This document shows, piece after piece, positions 57,355-64,000 of a stretch of 64,000 nt of DNA. Below the pieces are notes generated by a model. It made no database searches, was not told where the DNA came from, and worked only from the letters and a program-made list of their open reading frames with translations. Source of the DNA: Eledone cirrhosa (lineage: Eukaryota). Positions within the stretch are counted from its first letter, which is position 1, and every line of letters begins with the position of its first letter. Where the stretch lies: NCBI GenBank assembly GCA_964016885.1, contig OZ024741.1, forward strand, positions 370,636,001 to 370,700,000. The letters are read 5' to 3'. The translations under genes and the position numbers were made by a program.

Positions 57355-57859
57355 CTAGCAGAAAACCACCCGGTGGGCGGTTTTCTGCTAGCAAATCTAG
57401 TGTATATACTGATATTGTTGAGATTTGGATGAGAAATGTTTTCGGCACCACATGTTCACCGTCTCTCGGTGTGTCTTTTATGTATGTATAAATATATATG
57501 TTATCTATACGGTGAAATCTTTGAAATAAATATATGTTAAAACGAAAAAGGAGAAAAAGAGATTAGTGACGGAAATATAAACGTTATGATACATAAATGT
57601 TATGATATAACGATGGAAATATAACTTCAAATGGTCCTTGGCATGGTGTCAAGTCAGAACCGCCTCGAACTGGTTACTTCTGGCTTGTGCAAGGTCTCTC
57701 TATAGCAACCAGCGATTCCCTCGGCCTCAGTGACCAAAGTCAGTGGAGAGGGGAAGATAATGTTTCTATAGCGACAGTGTTTCTCTTGGTAGTACCAAAG
57801 TGGAGAAAGGAAGGGGAAGGTAATATTTCTGTAGCACCTACATTTGAGTTTTAGGGAAG

Positions 57860-57893
<34 letters not shown>

Positions 57894-57911
57894 GAAATGC
57901 CCATATATTTC

Positions 57912-57962
<51 letters not shown>

Positions 57963-58835
57963 CACACACAGAAATGTATATATATTTCTATGTGTGTATA
58001 TATATTACACACACAGAAATGTATATATATTTCTGTGTGTATATATATATATTACATACACAGAAATGTATATATATTTCTTAGAACAAAATTATTATTA
58101 ATGTTTTGCTGTTCATAACAATTGGAATTGAAAAATTACTTTTGAAATTATTAGTTATTTCAAATAATGCTTAGATATGTAAAAATGAAGCAATGTTTCT
58201 AATAATTGTTTCTACTTTTGGCACATGGCCAGCAATAACCCAGTACATTACTGGTACTTTATTTTATCGACACCGTGAGGATGAAAGGCAAAGTTAACCT
58301 CGGCGGTATTTGAACTCAGACCGTAAAGGGACGTAACTCCATGCTATGAAGCATGGTGTCCGACTCTCTACAGATTCTGCCAATCCACCGCCCTAATGTC
58401 TGTACGTAATGAGGGAGTGAGAGGGGAGAGAAAGAAAGGCAGAGCTGAAGTGACGAAGTGACTCTCTCTTCCTCCTACTCCTCCTCCTCCTCCATCTCCC
58501 CATTCGTCACAGCGATAGAGGGGAGGAATGTTAGTGTGTTACAAAGAGAAAGAGTGAGAGTGAGCGAAACAGACAGACTAAAAGAGAGGGATAGCTGGAG
58601 AGAGAGAGAGATAGCAACAGATACAGTACAGTAGCTAAGGGATGTATATATATTTCTGTGTGTATATATATATACATTTCTGTGTGTGTAATATATATAT
58701 ATATATATACACACAGAAATATATATACATTTCTGTGTGTGTAATATATATATATATACACACACGGAAATATATATATATTTCTGTGTGTGTATATATA
58801 TATATATTACACACACAGAAATGTATATATATTTC

Positions 58836-58870
<35 letters not shown>

Positions 58871-58898
58871 TACACACACAGAAATGTATATATATTTC

Positions 58899-58945
<47 letters not shown>

Positions 58946-59213
58946 CACACACAGAAATGTATATATATTTCTGCGTGTATATATATATATATATTTCTGT
59001 GTGTGTGTATATATATATATATATATTACACACACACACAGAAATGTATATATGTTTCTGTAGCACTCCTCAATTCACCCCTCTCTCCCTCCCGCTATCT
59101 CCCTCTTGTAGTCTCTCTCTCTACGCGTGCGCAAAAAACATTCGCACGCGCGCACGTGTTTCCACTGTCGGACAGACAGACAGAGAAATTGCCGGTTATA
59201 TATTATAAGGAGA
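57355..59213 (-). mobile_element. Non-autonomous Helitron B2 with a nested SINE (58201-58393) and TA/CA minisatellite
   Basis: 57355-57560 duplicates 56414-56615; 5' end A|TCTCC at 59213 is similar to the B1 5' end. Confidence 0.7.
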
Positions 59214-59544
59214 TGACATAACATCACTACTCACCACTCACTCCCCCCTGACAGAGCATGTCACGTGATGACATAACTCTCCACGCAATCCCACATAATT
59301 GTTCTAGTCTTTAAATTCTAAATTCATTCCTTGCCTGTATAACCGTGAATGTAAGAAGTTTGCCTCCAGTTCATGTGTCTTCAAGTTCGATCCCATTACG
59401 GTTGATACAAATCTTACTAATCTAAATTCCCTTGATATAAACTTAGACCTAACCACAGCTTCGTATAAACAATACCATAAGCCTAACGAAAAATTGAAAT
59501 ATATTGATAAAGCCTTATGCCACCCACCTGCTGTTTTATATATA

Positions 59545-59761
59545 TGTTTTCTTATATAGGCACAAGGCCATCAATTTTGGGGGAGGGGAAATTCATTATA
59601 TCGACTCCAGTGCGTGACTGGTACTTTATTTTATCGACTCCGTAAGGATGGAAGGCAAAGTTAACCTCGGCGGGATTTGAACTCAGATCATAAAGGGCCG
59701 TAACTCTATGCTGCAAAGCATGGCGTCCGACCCTCTACCAAAACCTCCAATCCACCGCCCT
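59545..59761 (-). mobile_element. Full-length tRNA-derived SINE
   Basis: Head gggcggtggattgg, B box, central domain and tail. Confidence 0.8.
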
Positions 59762-59780
59762 TGTTTTATATATATATATA

Positions 59781-60540
59781 CTAGCAGCTGAGCCCGGTTG
59801 CACCCGGGGCCATTAAGTTAATAATTTGAAAAATATTATTGAAAGTTTATTATAAAGAAGCAGTTTCAGGGAAAAAAATAGAAATATACACTTGGGGCTG
59901 GACGGCGTACAATGAGAAGTGGAGCGACGTGAAAAGCGTTGTTTATTAACAGCGAAATAGCAATGTCGATGATATGCAATTTGAAAAATACTACTTACTG
60001 TTAGTGGTGGTTAACATGTATTAGAATTAAAATAAAAACACGCGTCCCTTCTTCGCAATTTAATGGTTTTATTTCTTTTGATGGAAAACAGTGACCGTAC
60101 TGCAGATTCGATTTCATAAAACGGTACTGTATGATCTTTAATTGTAGAAGGATGATAGTTTATTAACAGCGAAATAGCAATGTCGATGATATGCAAGTTT
60201 AAAAATGCATATTATGAAGGCTTGTATGATAGTTTACACTTTTCCCCGAAATTGCTTCTTTATAATAAATTTTCAAAAATATTTTTCAAATTATTGGTAC
60301 TGTATGTTAACAGCGAAAGAACGTTGATGAGTTTAAAAATTTGTATGAAATTGTAAATAACTCAGCCAAGTATTTGAACAGGGGGAAATAACTCACCGAA
60401 CGCGATAGTAAATAGACCGTTTGGGGGCCCGAGGGACCACATTTTTCAAGTTCGATATTTGCTTCCTTGGCACTTTTTACATAGGTGTGTAAATTTTCAT
60501 GTCCGTCCGACCACGTCTACTACCATTTAACCGTGCACAT
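59781..60540 (-). mobile_element. Non-autonomous Helitron C (3' end clear, 5' end uncertain)
   Basis: ctagcagctgagcccggttgcacccggg end; internal inverted repeat 59820-59877/60240-60294. Confidence 0.55.
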
Positions 60541-60572
60541 CTGAATTTCAACCACATGTGTGCATGTGTGCA

Positions 60573-60656
<84 letters not shown>

Positions 60657-60781
60657 AATTCCATTTTTTCAATTGTGTTTGTGTTATTTAGTGCGGTATT
60701 ATTTCTAGCCCAATGGTATACTTAGAAGGATATGTAAGGCAAGCAATAAAAAAGTCATTTGAAATATTCCTGTTTATAATG

Positions 60782-60925
60782 ATTGTTTCTACTTTAGGCA
60801 CAAGGCCACCAAATACCCAGTGCATTACTGGTACTTTATTTTATCGACTCCGTAAGGATGAAAGGCAAAGTCAACCTCGGCGGGATTTGAACTCAGATCG
60901 TAAAGGGACGTAACTATGCTGGAAA
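60782..60925 (-). mobile_element. tRNA-derived SINE (5' truncated)
   Basis: Family motifs present. Confidence 0.8.
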
Positions 60926-60964
60926 GCGATGGACGGGGATTAGAACTGTGTTGCACGCTATGGT

Positions 60965-63900
60965 GTCCTTGTTACTGTTGTTGTTAGTGTTGTTGCTTCT
61001 GTAGCTGTTGTGTATGATGCTGTTGTTGTAATTAATGTCGTTGCTTCTGTAGCTGTTGTTTCTGTTGCTGTTGTGTCTCTGTTGCTGTTGTTGTTTCTGT
61101 AGCGATTGTTTATACTGCTGTTGTTGCTTCTGTTGCTGTTGATTATGTTGCTGCTGTTACTGTTGCTGTTGTTTATGTTGCTGCTGATACTGTTGCTATT
61201 GTTTATGCTGCTGTTGTTGCTTCTGTTGCTGTTGTGCTTCTGTTGCTGTTGTTTATGTTGCTGTTGTTGCTTCTGTTGCTGTTGTTTATGTTGCTGTTGT
61301 TGCTTCTGTTGCTGTTGTTTATGTTGCTGCTGTTACTGTTGCTGTTGTTTATGTTGCTGTTGTTGTTTCTGTTGCTGTTGTTGTTTCTGTAGCTGTTGTT
61401 GCTTCTGTTGCTGTCGTGCTTCTGTTGCTGTTGTTTATGTTGCTGTTGTTGCTTCTGTTGCTGTTGTTTATGTTGCTGTTGTTGCTTCTGTTGCTGTTGT
61501 TTATGTTGCTGCTGTTACTGTTGCTGTTGTTTATGCTGCTGTTGTTGTTTCTGTTGCTGTTGTCGTTTCTGTAGCTGTTGTTTATGCTGCTGTTGTTGCT
61601 TCTGTTGCTTTTGATTATGTTGCTGCTGTTACTGTTGCTGTTGTTTATGTTGCTGCTGTTACTGTTGCTGTTGCTTATGTTGCTGTTGTTGCTTCTGTTG
61701 CTGTTGTTTATGTTGCTGTTGTTGCTTCTGTTGCTGTTGTTTATGTTGCTGTTGTTGCTTCTGTTGCTGCTGTTACTGTTGCTGTTGTTGCTTTTGTTGC
61801 TGTTGTTTATGTTGCTGTTGTTGCTTCTGTTGCTGTTGTTTATGTTGCTGCTGTACTGTTGCTGTTGTTTATGTTGCTGTTGTTGCTTCTGTTGCTGTTG
61901 CTTGTGTTGCTGTTGTTGCTTCTGTTGCTGTTGTTTATGTTGCTGTTGTTGCTTCTGTTGCTGTTGTTTATGCTGCTGTTGTTGCTTCTGTTGCTGTTGT
62001 TTATGTTGCTGTTGTTGCTTCTGTTACTGTTGTTGCTTTTGTTGCTGTTGCTTATGTTGCTGTTGTTGCTTCTGTTGCTGTTGTTTATGTTGCTGTTGTT
62101 GCTTCTGTTGCTGTTGTTTATGTTGCTGTTGTTGCTTCTGTTGCTGTTGTTGATTTTGTTGCTGTTGTTTATGTTGCTGTTGTTGCTTCTGTTGCTGTTG
62201 TTGCTTCTGTTGCTGTTGTTTATGTTGCTGTTGTTGCTTCTGTTGCTGTTGTTTATGTTGCTGCTGTACTGTTGCTGTTGTTTATGTTGCTGCTGTTACT
62301 GTTGCTGTTGTTTATGTTGCTGTTGTTGCTTCTGTTGCTGTTGTTGCTTTTGTTGCTGTTGTTGCTTTTGTTGCTGTTGTTTATGTTGCTGTTGTTGCTT
62401 CTGTTGCTGTTGTTTATGTTGCTGCTGTACTGTTGCTGTTGTTTATGTTGCTGCTGTTACTGTTGCTGTTGTTTATGTTGCTGTTGTTGCTTCTGTTGCT
62501 GTTGTTTATGTTGCTGTTGTTTATGTTGCTGTTGTTGCTTCTGTTGCTGTTGCTTGTGTTGCTGTTGTTGCTTCTGTTGCTGTTGTTTATGTTGCTGTTG
62601 TTGCTTCTGTTGCTGTTGTTTATGCTGCTGTTGTTGCTTCTGTTGCTGTTGTTTATGTTGCTGTTGTTGCTTCTGTTGCTGTTGTTGCTTTTGTTGCTGT
62701 TGCTTATGTTGCTGTTGTTGCTTCTGTTGCTGTTGTTTATGTTGCTGTTGTTGCTTCTGTTGCTGTTGTTTATGTTGCTGTTGTTGCTTCTGTTGCTGTT
62801 GTTTATGTTGCTGCTGTTGCTTCTGTTGCTGTTGTTGCTTTTGTTGTTGTTGTTTATGTTGCTGTTGTTGCTTCTGTTGCTGTTGTTGCTTCTGTTGCTG
62901 TTGTTTATGTTGCTGATGTTGCTTTTGTTGCTGTTGTTTATGTTGCTGCTGTACTGTTGCTGTTGTTTATGTTGCTGCTGTTACTGTTGCTGTTGTTTAT
63001 GTTGCTGTTGTTGCTTCTGTTGCTGTTGTTTATGTTGCTGTTGTTGCTTCTGTTGCTGTTGTTTATGTTGCTGTTGTTGCTTCTGTTGCTGTTGTTGCTT
63101 TTGTTGCTGTTGTTTATGTTGCTGTTGTTGCTTCTGTTGCTTCTGTTGCTGTTGTTGCTTCTGTTGCTGTTGTTTATGTTGCTGTTGTTGCTTTTGTTGC
63201 TGTTGTTTATGTTGCTGCTGTACTGTTGCTGTTGTTTATGTTGCTGCTGTTACTGTTGCTGTTGTTTATGTTGCTGTTGTTGCTTCTGTTGCTGTTGTTT
63301 ATGTTGCTGTTGTTGCTTCTGTTGCTGTTGTTTATGTTGCTGTTGTTGCTGTTGTTGATTTTGTTGCTGTTGTTTATGTTGCTGTTGTTGCTTCTGTTGC
63401 TGTTGTTGCTTCTGTTGCTGTTGTTTATGTTGCTGTTGTTGCTTCTGTTGCTGTTGTTTATGTTGCTGCTGTACTGTTGCTGTTGTTTATGTTGCTGCTG
63501 TTACTGTTGCTGTTGTTTATGTTGCTGTTGTTGCTTCTGTTGCTGTTGTTGCTTTTGTTGCTGTTGTTGCTTTTGTTGCTGTTGTTTATGTTGCTGTTGT
63601 TGCTTCTGTTGCTGTTGTTTATGTTGCTGCTGTACTGTTGCTGTTGTTTATGTTGCTGCTGTTACTGTTGCTGTTGTTTATGTTGCTGTTGTTGCTTCTG
63701 TTGCTGTTGTTTATGTTGCTGTTGTTTATGTTGCTGTTGTTGCTTCTGTTGCTGTTGCTTGTGTTGCTGTTGTTGCTTCTGTTGCTGTTGTTTATGTTGC
63801 TGTTGTTGCTTCTGTTGCTGTTGTTTATGCTGCTGTTGTTGCTTCTGTTGCTGTTGTTTATGTTGCTGTTGTTGCTTCTGTTGCTGTTGTTGCTTTTGTT

Positions 63901-64000
63901 GCTGTTGCTTATGTTGCTGTTGTTGCTTCTGTTGCTGTTGTTTATGTTGCTGTTGTTGCTTCTGTTGCTGTTGTTTATGTTGCTGTTGTTGCTTCTGTTG
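60965..64000. repeat. GTTGCTGTTGTT(TAT/GCTTCT) satellite, continuing past the window end
   Basis: 15-18 bp units; the long ORFs are stop-free low-complexity artefacts. Confidence 0.95.

Noticed and set aside
61106-63358. 750-aa Leu/Cys/Val-Ala ORF
   Set aside because: Satellite-derived low complexity

Overview
Eukaryotic, AT-rich genomic DNA saturated with microsatellites. The SINE repertoire and simple-repeat load suggest an octopod cephalopod (inference). I recognise no host protein-coding gene, and almost all listed ORFs are microsatellite artefacts. Real coding sequence is transposon-derived: (1) a Penelope-like element (PLE; RT + C-terminal GIY-YIG) as a partial tandem plus an inverted copy at 33652-39740; (2) a Neptune-type PLE 3' fragment; (3) Tx1/L1-like LINE 3' ends sitting in (GATA)n; (4) decayed RTE LINEs; (5) a Helitron remnant. 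The window also holds a tandem array of non-autonomous Helitrons, hAT and Tc1/mariner MITEs and about a dozen tRNA-derived SINEs. The main hidden signal is about 20 type I hammerhead ribozyme (HHR) motifs from roughly ten unrelated families, folded by eye. They lie in short non-coding elements that mostly end in (TA)n tracts and are often arranged as divergent palindromes. They include a 593-nt circularly permuted, retrozyme-like unit and two families with a compensatory U3-A8 core and an expanded stem II. All structures were derived manually; none has been tested computationally or experimentally.
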